From an uncultured Bacilli bacterium (lineage in GTDB: Bacteria; Bacillota_I; Bacilli_A; RF39; UBA660), in NCBI GenBank assembly GCA_944371905.1, contig CALVYA010000002.1:17303-81302 (forward strand): a stretch of DNA of 64,000 bases. The letters are read 5' to 3'. Below are positions 11,383 through 21,848 of this stretch, one piece after another; the first letter of the stretch is position 1, and each line of letters begins with the position of its first letter. The translations under genes were made by a program, and so were the position numbers. The notes under the pieces are model-generated. The model searched no databases. It was not told the origin of the DNA and saw only the letters and a program-made list of their open reading frames with translations.

Positions 11383-11568
11383 TTACCAGCTTGACTTTCT
11401 AACACCTGGTATTTGTCCTTTATAAGCTAATTCTCTAAAGCAAATACGGCAGATCCCAAATTTACTCAATACAGCATGAGGTCTTCCACATCTTTTACAA
11501 CGTGTATATTCACGAACTTTGAATTTTTGCTTTTTATTAGCTTTAACAATCATACTTTTCTTTGCCAT
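11383..11568 (-). CDS. rpsN: 30S ribosomal protein S14, type Z (zinc-binding, 61 aa)
   Basis: [10 protein letters not shown]...[22 protein letters not shown]. Confidence 0.95.
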   Translation of the reverse strand: MAKKSMIVKANKKQKFKVREYTRCKRCGRPHAVLSKFGICRICFRELAYKGQIPGVRKSSW

Positions 11569-11582
11569 TATTTACCCTCCGA

Positions 11583-12122
11583 TTACTTTCTAAATGGAAC
11601 ACCAAGTTCATTTAATAAATCATAAGCTTCTTCGTTTGATTTAGCAGTTGTTACAAATACGATATCCATACCTCTAACTTTTACTACATCATCATATTCA
11701 ATTTCTGAGAAAATCAATTGTTCCTTAATTCCTAATGTATAATTTCCTCTACCGTCAAATGCTTTTGGAGATACTCCTCTAAAATCACGAACACGAGGTA
11801 GTCCAATAGATAATAATTTATCCATAAAATTATACATGTTTTCTCCTCTTAAAGTAACTTTACATCCAATAGATTGACCTTCTCTTAATTTAAATCCTGC
11901 AATTGATTTTTTAGCTTTTGTAATTACAGGTTTTTGTCCTGAAATTAACTCTAATTCCTTCACTGCTGCTTCTAATAATTTAGAATTACTAGTAGCATCT
12001 CCAACACCGATATTAATTACGATTTTTTCTAGTTTAGGAACTTCCATAATAGTCTTATAATTATATTTATTTGTTAAACTTGGAACTATTTCATTTAAAT
12101 ACTTTTCTTTTAGGCGGTTCAT
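11583..12122 (-). CDS. rplE: 50S ribosomal protein L5
   Basis: MNRLKEKY... The canonical start is 6 codons inside the tracked ORF. Confidence 0.93.
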   Translation of the reverse strand: MNRLKEKYLNEIVPSLTNKYNYKTIMEVPKLEKIVINIGVGDATSNSKLLEAAVKELELISGQKPVITKAKKSIAGFKLREGQSIGCKVTLRGENMYNFMDKLLSIGLPRVRDFRGVSPKAFDGRGNYTLGIKEQLIFSEIEYDDVVKVRGMDIVFVTTAKSNEEAYDLLNELGVPFRK

Positions 12123-12139
12123 ATAATACCCTCCTTCCA

Positions 12140-12448
12140 CTAATCAATCTTCTCGCTAGATTTCTTAGCTATTCTTATTTTTTTATTATTTTTATCAGTT
12201 GTATGCCCGATTCTAGTACCTTTTTTTGTTTTAGGATCTAGTATCATAACATTTGAAGCATGGATTGGTCCTTCAACTTCTAGAATACCACCAGTTTCTT
12301 GTCCATTACCTTTTTTATGTTTCTTAATGATATTACATCCTTCTACAATTACTTTATTTTCATTTCTAAGGGTTTTAATAATTTTTCCTTCTTTACCCTT
12401 ACTAGATCCAGCAATTACTACGACTTTATCTCCTACTTTAAATTTCAT
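12140..12448 (-). CDS. rplX: 50S ribosomal protein L24
   Basis: [23 protein letters not shown] (KOW motif). Confidence 0.95.
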   Translation of the reverse strand: MKFKVGDKVVVIAGSSKGKEGKIIKTLRNENKVIVEGCNIIKKHKKGNGQETGGILEVEGPIHASNVMILDPKTKKGTRIGHTTDKNNKKIRIAKKSSEKID

Positions 12449-12459
12449 AATATCCTCCT

Positions 12460-12828
12460 TTATAGCACTTCTTTAGCTAAAGATACTATTTTCATAAAAT
12501 CTTTGTCACGAAGTTCTCGTGCCACTGGTCCAAAGATACGAGTTCCTACTGGACTCTTGTCATCCTTAATGATAACACATGCATTGTCATCGAATTTAAT
12601 ATATGATCCATCTTCTCTTCTTACACCTTGTTTGCTTCTTACGATAACAGCTTTTACTACTTTTCCTTTTGGTACAGTTCCATTAGGTGTGGCTTTTTTA
12701 ATTGTACCAACAACTATGTCACCGATATTACCAGTTTTTACTTTGCTTCCACCTAGGACTCTGATTACTAATAGTTCTCTTGCTCCTGAGTTGTCAGCAA
12801 CTTTTAAACGACTTTCTTGTTGAAGCAT
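12460..12828 (-). CDS. rplN: 50S ribosomal protein L14
   Basis: [18 protein letters not shown]... Confidence 0.96.
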   Translation of the reverse strand: MLQQESRLKVADNSGARELLVIRVLGGSKVKTGNIGDIVVGTIKKATPNGTVPKGKVVKAVIVRSKQGVRREDGSYIKFDDNACVIIKDDKSPVGTRIFGPVARELRDKDFMKIVSLAKEVL

Positions 12829-12850
12829 AATTAATCCTCCTTCACCTAAG

Positions 12851-13108
12851 TTATAAAATAACTGCTTCTTTTACTATTTCTGCTAAATAGAATCTTTTAG
12901 TAGCTGAAATTGGTTTTGTTTCAACTATTCTAACAACGTCTCCTTCTTTAGCTTTATTTGATTCATCATGTACAGCATATTTTTTAGAATATTTAACTCT
13001 TTTACCATACAATGGATGTTTTTTATAAGTTTCTACTAAAACAGTAATTGTTTTATTATTTTTAGCACTTACTACTTTTCCAACTAACTCTTTTCTTACT
13101 TTTTCCAT
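12851..13108 (-). CDS. rpsQ: 30S ribosomal protein S17
   Basis: [17 protein letters not shown]...HPLYGKR. Confidence 0.95.
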   Translation of the reverse strand: MEKVRKELVGKVVSAKNNKTITVLVETYKKHPLYGKRVKYSKKYAVHDESNKAKEGDVVRIVETKPISATKRFYLAEIVKEAVIL

Positions 13109-13118
13109 CTTAACCCTC

Positions 13119-13313
13119 CTATTTACTCATTTCACGTTCACGTAGAACAGTTTTAAGTCTTGCTACTTGATGTCTTAAATCTTTGATTCTTGAAGGTTTT
13201 TCTAAATTACCTGTTGCTTGTTGGAAACGTAAGTTAAATAATTCTTCTTTTGATTCTTTAATTTTAGTGATTATCTCTTCTGTGGTTAAATTTCTAATCT
13301 CATTAACCTTCAT
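13119..13313 (-). CDS. rpmC: 50S ribosomal protein L29
   Basis: 64 aa with EELFNLRFQ, between rplP and rpsQ. Confidence 0.93.
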   Translation of the reverse strand: MKVNEIRNLTTEEIITKIKESKEELFNLRFQQATGNLEKPSRIKDLRHQVARLKTVLREREMSK

Positions 13314-13737
13314 TTATATCACCACCATTTTCTTTCATTACAAACTTTGTTTTAATTGGTAATTTATGTGCAGCTAGTCTTAATGCTTCTCTTGCTGTCG
13401 CTTCGTCAACTCCGGCAATTTCGAACATTATTTTTCCTTCTTTAACTACAGCTACCCATGCTTCTACATTACCTTTTCCTTTTCCTTGACGTGTTCCTAA
13501 TGGTTTCTTAGTTAATGGCATATGTGGAAAAATATTAATCCATACTTTTCCTCCACGTTTCATATAACGAGTCATAGCTACACGAGATGCTTCAATTTGA
13601 TTTGTTGTAATCCATGCTCCTTCCATAGCCATTAGTCCATATTCACCATTGTGTAATTCAGTATTACCTTTAGCTTTGCCTTCGTAAGGTAATCTATGAA
13701 CACGACGATATTTAGTTCTTGCTGGTATTAATGCCAT
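13303..13737 (-). CDS. rplP: 50S ribosomal protein L16
   Basis: [11 protein letters not shown]...[10 protein letters not shown]. Confidence 0.95.
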   Translation of the reverse strand: MALIPARTKYRRVHRLPYEGKAKGNTELHNGEYGLMAMEGAWITTNQIEASRVAMTRYMKRGGKVWINIFPHMPLTKKPLGTRQGKGKGNVEAWVAVVKEGKIMFEIAGVDEATAREALRLAAHKLPIKTKFVMKENGGDINEG

Positions 13738-13739
13738 AA

Positions 13740-14393
13740 TTAATTACCTCCCTTAGCCTTTTTATCTTCAAGAATTTCTCCTTTATAGATCCATACTTTA
13801 ACACCGATCTTACCAAAAGTAGTATCAGCTTCACTATGTGCATAATCGATATCTGCTCTTAATGTATGTAGTGGAATAGTCCCTTCAGAATATCCTTCAC
13901 TACGTGCAATATCTGCACCACCTAAACGTCCAGATACTAATGTTTTAATCCCTTTAGCTCCAGCTTTCATAGCGTTTCTAATTGCTCTTTTTTGAGCCAT
14001 TCTAAATGATGCTCTATTTTCGATTTGATTAGCTATAGAAGAAGCAACAAGTGCTGCATCGATATCTGGTTTTTTAACATCTACGATTGATATTTGAATA
14101 TCTTCTCCTACCAATTTAGATATTGCTTTTTTTACTTTTTCTATTTCTTCTCCACCACGACCGATGATAACACCAGGTTTAGCAGTGTGAACAATAACTT
14201 CTGTTCTTTTACCATTTCTTTCAATTTCAACTTTACTAATTGCAGCATCTTTTAAATTCTTAGTCATGTATTTACGAATCTTCAAATCATTTTCTAAATA
14301 CTTAGAAAAATCTTTTCCAGATGCGTACCAATTAGCTTCCCAATCTTTGTTGATACCTATTCTAAGTCCAATTGGACTAACCTTTTGTCCCAT
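13740..14393 (-). CDS. rpsC: 30S ribosomal protein S3
   Basis: [18 protein letters not shown]... Confidence 0.96.
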   Translation of the reverse strand: MGQKVSPIGLRIGINKDWEANWYASGKDFSKYLENDLKIRKYMTKNLKDAAISKVEIERNGKRTEVIVHTAKPGVIIGRGGEEIEKVKKAISKLVGEDIQISIVDVKKPDIDAALVASSIANQIENRASFRMAQKRAIRNAMKAGAKGIKTLVSGRLGGADIARSEGYSEGTIPLHTLRADIDYAHSEADTTFGKIGVKVWIYKGEILEDKKAKGGN

Positions 14394-14410
14394 ACTAACC
14401 TCCTATCAGA

Positions 14411-14743
14411 TTATTTGCTAGCCACAGTAATAATAATGTGACTAGTTCTCTTATCGTTATGTCCTATATGACTACGTGAATCAAACATATGTCTTTTCAT
14501 TACAGGACCTGCATCTACTCTTGCTTCTTTTACATATAGAGTATTTACATCTAGTTTTAAATTATTAACTGCGTTTGCAATTGCTGAATCTAAAACTTTC
14601 TTTGTAAGCCTAGCTGGCTTTTTATTCATATTATTTAATATGTTTAATGCAACATTAACATCTTTACCACGAATTAAATCTACAACTAATCTTGTTTTAA
14701 TAGGTGATACTCTAAGAGTTTTTGCGATTGCCTTTGCTTCCAT
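14411..14743 (-). CDS. rplV: 50S ribosomal protein L22
   Basis: MEAKAIAKTLRVSP... The second ATG has the better spacing (8 nt) to the aggagga RBS. Confidence 0.93.
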   Translation of the reverse strand: MEAKAIAKTLRVSPIKTRLVVDLIRGKDVNVALNILNNMNKKPARLTKKVLDSAIANAVNNLKLDVNTLYVKEARVDAGPVMKRHMFDSRSHIGHNDKRTSHIIITVASK

Positions 14744-14762
14744 TTTCATTTCCTCCTAGTCA

Positions 14763-15032
14763 TTATTTCTTTTTATTTTCGCCATGACCACCAAATTTAC
14801 GAGTTAAAGCAAATTCTCCAAGCTTATGTCCAACCATATCTTCAGTTATATATACTGGAATAAATTCTTTCCCGTTATGTACTGCGAATGTGTGTCCAAT
14901 AAAGTCAGGATATATTGTTGAACGGCGTGACCATGTTTTAATTACTTCTTTTTTTCCACTTTTATTTAATTCATCAACCTTTTTTAGTAATCTATCGAAT
15001 ACGTAAGGTCCTTTTTTTAAACTTCTAGCCAT
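14763..15032 (-). CDS. rpsS: 30S ribosomal protein S19
   Basis: [11 protein letters not shown]...[20 protein letters not shown]. Confidence 0.96.
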   Translation of the reverse strand: MARSLKKGPYVFDRLLKKVDELNKSGKKEVIKTWSRRSTIYPDFIGHTFAVHNGKEFIPVYITEDMVGHKLGEFALTRKFGGHGENKKK

Positions 15033-15049
15033 AATTAATTCTATCCTCC

Positions 15050-15880
15050 TTAATTACCATTGCGACGACGCACAATAAGTTTATCAGACGCTTTCTTTTT
15101 ACGAGTTTTGTAACCTAAAGCAGGTTTACCCCAAGGAGTAACTGGTCCTTTACGTCCGATCGGTGCACGACCTTCTCCACCACCATGTGGGTGATCATTA
15201 GGGTTCATAACAGAACCACGTACTGTAGGACGAATTCCCATATGACGGCTACGTCCAGCTTTTCCAAGTTTTACTAATTCATAATCTTCGTTTCCTACTT
15301 CTCCAATAGTTGCATAACAAGTTCCAAGAATTAATCTTTGTTCTCCACTTGATAAACGAACCATTACGTAAGATCCTTCTCTACCAAGAATTTGAGCACT
15401 TGCTCCAGCACTTCTTGCTAATTCTCCACCTTTTCCAGGCTTTAGTTCAATATTATGAATAACAGTACCTACTGGGATGTTAATAATTGGTAAGCTGTGT
15501 CCTAATTTAATATCTACATTCTCACCTGCAATTACTTCCATACCTACTGTTAATCCCTTTGGAGCGATAATATATCTTTTTTCTCCATCTTTATAATTAA
15601 TTAATGCAATATTTGCACTTCTATTTGGATCATATTCAATGGATGCTACTACACCAGGAATATCTCTTTTATCTCTTTTAAAATCAATAATTCTGTATTT
15701 TCTTTTTGCTCCTCCACCTTGATGTCTTACAGTTATTCTTCCTTGATTATTACGACCACCATTTTTCTTTAAAGTAACTACCAAACTTTTTTCAGGAGTG
15801 TTTGTAGTGATCTCGGTATTTATTAAAGTAGACATTCTACGTCTAGCATTCGTAGTTGGTTTAAAATTTCTAATTGCCAT
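15050..15880 (-). CDS. rplB: 50S ribosomal protein L2
   Basis: [10 protein letters not shown]...[14 protein letters not shown]. Confidence 0.97.
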   Translation of the reverse strand: MAIRNFKPTTNARRRMSTLINTEITTNTPEKSLVVTLKKNGGRNNQGRITVRHQGGGAKRKYRIIDFKRDKRDIPGVVASIEYDPNRSANIALINYKDGEKRYIIAPKGLTVGMEVIAGENVDIKLGHSLPIINIPVGTVIHNIELKPGKGGELARSAGASAQILGREGSYVMVRLSSGEQRLILGTCYATIGEVGNEDYELVKLGKAGRSRHMGIRPTVRGSVMNPNDHPHGGGEGRAPIGRKGPVTPWGKPALGYKTRKKKASDKLIVRRRNGN

Positions 15881-15896
15881 ATAAAATTACCCTCCT

Positions 15897-16181
15897 CTAA
15901 TTAAGATCGATAGTTTGACCATCAGCTAATTTAACAATTGCTTTTTTATAACGATTTGTTAAACCAGTATAACGTCCTACTCTTCTTTTCTTTGTTTTAG
16001 CGTTAATTGTAGAAATACTTTCTACTTTAACTTTAAATATTTTTTCAATAGCTTCTTTAATCTCAGTTTTATTTGCTTTAGGATCTACTTTAAATATATA
16101 TTTTCCTTCTGTTTGAGCTAAAGTACTACTCTTTTCAGTAATTACTGGTGCTTTAATAATTTCTAAATATTTTGTATTCAT
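15897..16181 (-). CDS. rplW: 50S ribosomal protein L23
   Basis: 94 aa, [11 protein letters not shown], between rplD and rplB. Confidence 0.93.
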   Translation of the reverse strand: MNTKYLEIIKAPVITEKSSTLAQTEGKYIFKVDPKANKTEIKEAIEKIFKVKVESISTINAKTKKRRVGRYTGLTNRYKKAIVKLADGQTIDLN

Positions 16182-16798
16182 TATGCTAGCACCTCCTCAA
16201 TTTCTTTTAATGCTTCTTCTGTAATAATTACTTTTTCGTTTGCAACTAAATCTAATACATTAATTTCGTTAGCTTCTAATAAAGTAACATTAGCTAAATT
16301 TCTAGAAGCTAAAATAATGTTTTCATCTAATTCTTTTACGATTAATAAAGTTTTTACATCACTTACTTTTAATGTTTTAAGAATATTTAACATATCTTTA
16401 GTTTTTGGTGTTGCAAGTTTTAATTCATCAAGAATAATCATATCACTTGCTTTAACAGCCAATGCACTCTTTAATGCTAATCTTCTTTCTTTGCGATTCA
16501 TCTTTTTACTGTAATCTCTTGGAACAGGTCCGAAGGCAACTCCTCCACCTCTCCATTGTACAGCTCTAATTGATCCTTGACGTGCACGTCCTGTACCTTT
16601 TTGACGCCATGGTTTTCTTCCACCACCGCTAACTTCAGAACGAACTTTAGTCTTATGGGTTCCTTGTCTTAATGATGCTCTAGTTAAAATGATGGCATCA
16701 TATAAAACTTTATTGTTTGGTTCAATACCAAATATATTTTCATTTAATTTAATGTCCTTAACTTCTTCACCTTTAATATTTAAAAGTTTTTGTTTCAT
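16181..16798 (-). CDS. rplD: 50S ribosomal protein L4
   Basis: [20 protein letters not shown]. Confidence 0.96.
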   Translation of the reverse strand: MKQKLLNIKGEEVKDIKLNENIFGIEPNNKVLYDAIILTRASLRQGTHKTKVRSEVSGGGRKPWRQKGTGRARQGSIRAVQWRGGGVAFGPVPRDYSKKMNRKERRLALKSALAVKASDMIILDELKLATPKTKDMLNILKTLKVSDVKTLLIVKELDENIILASRNLANVTLLEANEINVLDLVANEKVIITEEALKEIEEVLA

Positions 16799-16854
16799 CT
16801 CTAATTCCTCCTTTCATCACATTTAATTTGTCTGTTTTAATTCCTATGTGATGA

Positions 16855-17601
16855 TTATTCTTCAGTATTTACTTCTTCAGCTTCTGCAACTTCACTAGTA
16901 ACTTCTTCTTCACTAGGAGCTTTTTCTTCTTCGATTACTTCGTAAGAGATTAATTCTTCCATCTCATTTACCTTTTCACCTTTTTTTACTGAAGTCTTAA
17001 TCATAACTAAAGATTTTTTTGGACCTGGAACATTACCTTTAATTAAGATAACGTTATTTTCTAAATCAACTGATACAACTTCCAAATTTTGAATAGTTGT
17101 AGCAACATTTCCCATATGACCTGGTAATTTCTTACCTTTTAATACGTGCATAGGAAGTAATGTTCCCATAGAACCTACTCCTCTATGATATTGTGAACCA
17201 TGTCCCATAGGACCACGGCTTTGATTATGACGTTTAATTACACCTTGGAATCCTTTACCTTTACTGATTCCACTAACGTCAACCATTTCACCCTTTGTAA
17301 AAATATCTGCGCTAATTACTTGCCCTAAAGTGTAATCGTTAACGTTAACTCCTCTAATTTCTTTTAAGAAGCGCTTAGGAGCTGTATTAGCTTTGTTTGT
17401 ATGACCCATCTTTGGTTTGTTACTAGATTTTTCTTTAATAGTAACAGTTCCAAGCTGAATGGCATCATATCCGTCTTTTTCTACTGTTTTGATTTGAGTA
17501 ACAACATTTGGTTCTACTTCAACAACAGTAACTGGAATTAATTTACCGCTTTCAGTAAATACTTGAGTCATTCCAATTTTTCTTCCTAAGATTCCTTTCA
17601 T
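16855..17601 (-). CDS. rplC: 50S ribosomal protein L3 with an acidic C-terminal extension
   Basis: [15 protein letters not shown]...GKGFQG... It ends with about 40 extra Glu-rich residues ([25 protein letters not shown]). Confidence 0.94.
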   Translation of the reverse strand: MKGILGRKIGMTQVFTESGKLIPVTVVEVEPNVVTQIKTVEKDGYDAIQLGTVTIKEKSSNKPKMGHTNKANTAPKRFLKEIRGVNVNDYTLGQVISADIFTKGEMVDVSGISKGKGFQGVIKRHNQSRGPMGHGSQYHRGVGSMGTLLPMHVLKGKKLPGHMGNVATTIQNLEVVSVDLENNVILIKGNVPGPKKSLVMIKTSVKKGEKVNEMEELISYEVIEEEKAPSEEEVTSEVAEAEEVNTEE

Positions 17602-17619
17602 CTTTGTTTCCTCCTACTT

Positions 17620-17925
17620 TTATAATTTAATTTTAATATCAACACCACTAGGTATGTCTAAATGAGTTAATGCATCAATTGTCTCCTTACTAGGATTCTT
17701 GATATCAATTAATCTCTTATGTGTACGCATTTCGAATTGTTCACGACTATCTTTATATTTGTGAACAGCTCTTAAAATAGTTATTTTTTCTATTTCAGTT
17801 GGAAGTGGTACTGGTCCACTGATTTCTCCACCTGTTCTTTTAATTGTTTCAACTATTTTAGTTGTTGCGTTATCAAGCACTCTGTGATCATATGCTCGAA
17901 GTTTAACACGAACTTTGTTTGACAT
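17620..17925 (-). CDS. rpsJ: 30S ribosomal protein S10
   Basis: [13 protein letters not shown]...HKRLIDI. First gene of the cluster. Confidence 0.96.
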   Translation of the reverse strand: MSNKVRVKLRAYDHRVLDNATTKIVETIKRTGGEISGPVPLPTEIEKITILRAVHKYKDSREQFEMRTHKRLIDIKNPSKETIDALTHLDIPSGVDIKIKL

Positions 17926-18048
17926 TTCTATGTCCTCCCTTCGCCTATATCTAGTATAGACTTGCTCCGCATGAATAACCTGATTTTTTATACCAACTTA
18001 ACCTGGCGTATCAGCAACCTCACACATCTAAGCAGCCACACAGTTAAA

Positions 18049-18078
18049 AGTATATCATAGTTATCAAGGATTTGGCAA
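18049..18078 (-). promoter_or_regulatory. putative sigma-A promoter of the S10 operon
   Basis: The minus strand reads TTGCCA-18 nt-TGATATACT (extended -10). This leaves a 5' leader of about 120 nt that is relatively GC-rich (17926-18048). Confidence 0.5.
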
Positions 18079-18307
18079 GGAAAAATTGTATTTTTTTAAC
18101 CATTTTTTTAAAACTCTCATTAAACAAATCGCCATATTCTTATTTTATTATATTTCATACTTATCATTTCCATATTATATACTAGAAAAATCTATACTTT
18201 AATCAAGCCAAACTTCTTATTACAATAATAATATGAATTACTATTGTTTTAAATTTTAAAATAACATTTTACTTTCATTTGATGGATAACATTATATTTT
18301 CAAAAAA

Positions 18308-18335
18308 GTAGACATTAAATATTTTTAGTGTCTAC
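18308..18335 (-). terminator. terminator of 160-aa paralog 1
   Basis: gtagaca/tgtctac stem with a T-run on the minus strand. It isolates the island from the S10 promoter. Confidence 0.6.
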
Positions 18336-18351
18336 TTTTAAAATTAGTCAT

Positions 18352-18834
18352 TTATTCTAAATTATATTTCTTATTATAATATGCTATTCTGTCCTTATCG
18401 TTTAAAAACTCTTCTACAATCTTATCCAAGTCAATTTCTTTTAGTTCTTCTTTATCAAAATAATATTCTATATTATTTTTTTCACATAATTTTTTTGCTC
18501 TCACTATTAATTCATTATCTTCAAAATCGTCCCATTGTTTTTCTAAATTATAATCTATTACAAAATTATGAAGTGCAGAACCATATTCTTTAAAATCATC
18601 CAAATATCGTTGAAATATCTTATCATACTCTTTAGTTTTTATTGTGTCATAAAATTTCTTGCAAATTAATAGATACTGAGCATAATCAATTTTATCTACA
18701 AAAATATAATCTTCTTTATTTGTTATTTCTTTCTCATATTCATACTCATCAATTAATTCAGAGGTATATTTATTAATATATAAATCTGGATCAAGATACA
18801 AATTATAAGCTATTTTATATATATTTATTTTCAT
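18352..18834 (-). CDS. hypothetical protein, 160-aa family (paralog 1), immunity-like
   Basis: Paralog of 19082..19564, with an identical C-terminus (FLNDKDRIAYYNKKYNLE). Small, acidic, no signal peptide. It lies in the toxin-downstream island. Confidence 0.65.
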   Translation of the reverse strand: MKINIYKIAYNLYLDPDLYINKYTSELIDEYEYEKEITNKEDYIFVDKIDYAQYLLICKKFYDTIKTKEYDKIFQRYLDDFKEYGSALHNFVIDYNLEKQWDDFEDNELIVRAKKLCEKNNIEYYFDKEELKEIDLDKIVEEFLNDKDRIAYYNKKYNLE

Positions 18835-19037
18835 TACAATACTCCTTTACTCTTTTTTATAAAATTGAACTTTATATATTAATTTATTAATATTTTTACT
18901 CCAAATCATAATTAGGCACATATTCATTTAATTTATTGAAATTTTCTTGTCATAAGTATACCATAGATTGGTATTATTTTAAATTCTAAGATTATATATT
19001 ACTTACATTTGATGAATAGTATTATATTTTCAAAAAA

Positions 19038-19065
19038 GTAGACATTAAATATTTTTAGTGTCTAC
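19038..19065 (-). terminator. terminator of 160-aa paralog 2
   Basis: Identical copy of the 18308-18335 hairpin. Confidence 0.6.
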
Positions 19066-19081
19066 TTTTAAAATTAGTTAT

Positions 19082-19564
19082 TTATTCTAAATTATATTTC
19101 TTATTATAATATGCTATTCTGTCCTTATCGTTTAAAAACTCCTCTGCAAACTTATCCAAGTCAAAATTATTTTGTTCTTCTTTATTAAAATAATATTCTA
19201 TATTATTTTTTTCACAAAAACTTTTAGCTATTGTCATTAATTCTTTCTCTTTAAACTCTTCCCAGTCATTTTCTAAATCATAATCTATTACAAAATTATG
19301 AAGTGCAGAACCATATTCTTTAAAATCATTCAAATAGTTATTAAATAATTTATCGCATTGTTTATTTCTAATTGTATTATAAAATTTCTTACATATTGAT
19401 ATATATTGTTCATAGTCTACAGTATCTACTAATATATAATCTTCTTTATTTTTTATATTTTTTTCATAATCATATTCATCACAAACTTCTGCAGTATATT
19501 TATTAATATACAATTTTCCACTAGCACATAAACTAGCTACTAATCTACATATGTTTATTTTCAT
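19082..19564 (-). CDS. hypothetical protein, 160-aa family (paralog 2), immunity-like
   Basis: Same length as 18352..18834 and collinear with it, with roughly 60% identity by eye. Confidence 0.65.
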   Translation of the reverse strand: MKINICRLVASLCASGKLYINKYTAEVCDEYDYEKNIKNKEDYILVDTVDYEQYISICKKFYNTIRNKQCDKLFNNYLNDFKEYGSALHNFVIDYDLENDWEEFKEKELMTIAKSFCEKNNIEYYFNKEEQNNFDLDKFAEEFLNDKDRIAYYNKKYNLE

Positions 19565-19650
19565 GGTACCATCCTATCTAAAAGCAAAAGCAGTATTAAA
19601 GCAAAGATAATATTATTTCATTATAATTAATATAACATATAAAATTAAAA

Positions 19651-19680
19651 AGTAGAATAAGCTGTTTTCTTATTACTACT
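19651..19680 (-). terminator. terminator after the DUF5071-like gene
   Basis: agtagaataag/cttattactact stem (1-nt bulge) followed by a T-run on the minus strand. Confidence 0.5.
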
Positions 19681-19700
19681 TTTTATTAGTAACTTAATTT

Positions 19701-20147
19701 TTACATATCTGTGGAAGATGATAATATTCTATATACTTCTTTATCATTAAAATCATCAATATTTAATTTATTTTTTTCCATAAACTCCCTTAACCAATAT
19801 AACCATCCAATATCATTTTCTGTTTTAGCTTTCTTTGTGACAATTTCTAGATTTTCAATCATTATCTCTCTTGGTAAATTCGATAAAAATTCCACTATTT
19901 CATCAGATCCTGGCCAATTCATATCTTGCAACCATATAAACATTTCTGGTAAAATATCTTTTACTTTAGGATATCCTCTTGTTATTAGTATTTTTGCCTC
20001 ATCTTCCCACGACCATTTTCCGCCTTTTAAAACAAATAATTTATTTTCATATCTTTCGTCTTTTGCTAACTCTTGAATATTTTCTTTTCGTCTTTCCATT
20101 GGTAAACCAGGATGTAATAACTCTTTGTATCTATCTTGATTTTCCAT
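19701..20147 (-). CDS. DUF5071-like protein (polymorphic-toxin immunity-type)
   Basis: FIWLQDMNWPGSDEIVEFL resembles the conserved (L)QDxNWPG core of DUF5071 (recollection, not searched). Confidence 0.55.
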   Translation of the reverse strand: MENQDRYKELLHPGLPMERRKENIQELAKDERYENKLFVLKGGKWSWEDEAKILITRGYPKVKDILPEMFIWLQDMNWPGSDEIVEFLSNLPREIMIENLEIVTKKAKTENDIGWLYWLREFMEKNKLNIDDFNDKEVYRILSSSTDM

Positions 20148-20322
20148 ATTTTTTATTTACCTACCTCTCTCATTAAAAAATTATATTATTATATCAATTC
20201 TACATAATTATTCTTTGATCATTGATTCTATTTTTTTCTTACACTTTATTATTCAATACCTAAAGTAATATTAATATCAATATAAATCAATTTATAATAT
20301 TTTCCTTTCTAATAAATAATGT

Positions 20323-21030
20323 TTAAGATTTATAGTCATATTCATATTCTATAATTTTTAATGTACATATGTTAGGATCGTATAACATAGCTGTGATATG
20401 ATATGTTCCACTTTCTTTTGGTACTATATTATGTTCTTGTAATTCATCAATGTATACTGAATAATAGCAATTATCCTGATTGTCATAACATCCCAAAAAA
20501 ACAGGTACAAAAACCTTTAATTTAGAACTTAATTTATTTTGAGAAAACCAACAATTATTTTCTTTTATGCTTGAATAAAATTTGGTTGCTTCTTTTTCGT
20601 TAGTAAACCAAAAAGTACTAAATACATATTCTTCATTTTCTTCCCCACTTCTATTAAATTTTCCATAACTAGGAAGCTCTACTTTTATTAGTTCGCTATA
20701 TACATTGATTTCATTGTAATTAAATTCATTACCACTTTTGTACATAATAGATATCTCCAATAGCAAAATGACAATTACTATATATCCTATTTTTATATTG
20801 TTTGCACGTTTTATTCCTTTTTTCTTATATACTGTTCCTAAAATAATTGATAAAACTGGAATGAATAGAAATACGAGTGGCATCCAAAAAACAGTATGAA
20901 AAAATTCTGCTGGAACATTTTTAACATACATATAAATCCAAACAAAAAATATACATACAATTGGACAAGAAATAGAAAGAAAAGACAATAATTCTAGAAC
21001 TATTTTTCTTTTATTTGTACTATTATTCAT
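20323..21030 (-). CDS. membrane protein, P-family paralog 1 (3-4 TM plus a conserved C-terminal domain)
   Basis: Shares ...FTNEKEA.KFY..IK.N..W......S.L....P......CYYS.YI.E......P...G.YH...M.YD.....L.I.E..Y.Y.. with 21849..22580 and with the C-terminal half of 22778..24070. Confidence 0.7.
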   Translation of the reverse strand: MNNSTNKRKIVLELLSFLSISCPIVCIFFVWIYMYVKNVPAEFFHTVFWMPLVFLFIPVLSIILGTVYKKKGIKRANNIKIGYIVIVILLLEISIMYKSGNEFNYNEINVYSELIKVELPSYGKFNRSGEENEEYVFSTFWFTNEKEATKFYSSIKENNCWFSQNKLSSKLKVFVPVFLGCYDNQDNCYYSVYIDELQEHNIVPKESGTYHITAMLYDPNICTLKIIEYEYDYKS

Positions 21031-21033
21031 AAA

Positions 21034-21825
21034 TCACTTCTCCAAATCTATATTTAATTTTTTTAGTTGATTAATATAGTATATACATTCTTTGTTTTGG
21101 AAGACATAGGAAGCATACTTTTTCATATTCTCATCATCATTGAGTTTATAATAAACATTAGTTAAATAAAAACTATAGATTACTTTATTTAATTTAGTAG
21201 TTGTTGTATTCAATAATTCTAAATAAAATTTTTCTGTTTCTTTTAAATTGTTTTTTGTAGGTTTTTTTAATTTTTCTAAAAAAATTAATTGTGTATATTT
21301 TAATGTAACAACTTCTCTTATTTTTTTATTAAATTTTGATGTTTCTAACATTTTTTTGGCGTTATTTAATAATTCATTATATTTATCAATATTATCCAAT
21401 TCCCAATAAGCTCTTGCTAAATCAAGTAAGAATTCTATTTGATAAAACCTAGGTAATATATTCAATGGTATTTGATTAAAAAGACTTAAAACTTTATTAA
21501 ATTCGCCTAAACATAAATAACCTGATGATAAATTAAGTCTTATAAAAGAATCTACTTTTAAGTTTTTATTTGTCAATAATTTTTGTTCATATATTGAAAT
21601 AAATTCTTTTATTTTAAGTTCATCACAAAATAAATTACTTATTTTAAGTGTTCTTTTAGTAGCTATATTATTTAATACTATAGTAATTAAAATTGCATAA
21701 ATAATTAATATAATCCAAAAAATTGCGTTAAAATTAAAAACTAATGAAAGTATAAATAAAATAACAATACCAATACTTAAGATTACATAATATAAATATT
21801 CTAAGTCCTTATATAAACCTATCAT
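21034..21825 (-). CDS. membrane-anchored helical-repeat (TPR-like) protein
   Basis: Two N-terminal TM helices followed by about 190 aa of helical-repeat-like sequence. It is 3 nt upstream of P-family paralog 1. Confidence 0.55.
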   Translation of the reverse strand: MIGLYKDLEYLYYVILSIGIVILFILSLVFNFNAIFWIILIIYAILITIVLNNIATKRTLKISNLFCDELKIKEFISIYEQKLLTNKNLKVDSFIRLNLSSGYLCLGEFNKVLSLFNQIPLNILPRFYQIEFLLDLARAYWELDNIDKYNELLNNAKKMLETSKFNKKIREVVTLKYTQLIFLEKLKKPTKNNLKETEKFYLELLNTTTTKLNKVIYSFYLTNVYYKLNDDENMKKYASYVFQNKECIYYINQLKKLNIDLEK

Positions 21826-21848
21826 TATTACACCTCTTCTTTATTTTA

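Larger units (their letters stand above)
18243..19570. repeat. tandem duplication (period 730 bp) of a gene-plus-terminator cassette
   Basis: 18243-18840 aligns with 18973-19570. The 3' gene ends and terminators are almost identical (for example 18283-18420 versus 19013-19150), while the gene middles have diverged. Confidence 0.85.

Noticed and set aside
10701-12823. Long plus-strand ORFs (10701..11192, 12299..12823 and others such as 7450..7635, 8283..8480, 9921..10124) lie inside the ribosomal cluster.
   Set aside because: They are antisense to strongly conserved ribosomal-protein and secY genes. They have no RBS and a low-complexity composition, as expected for shadow ORFs in AT-rich DNA.
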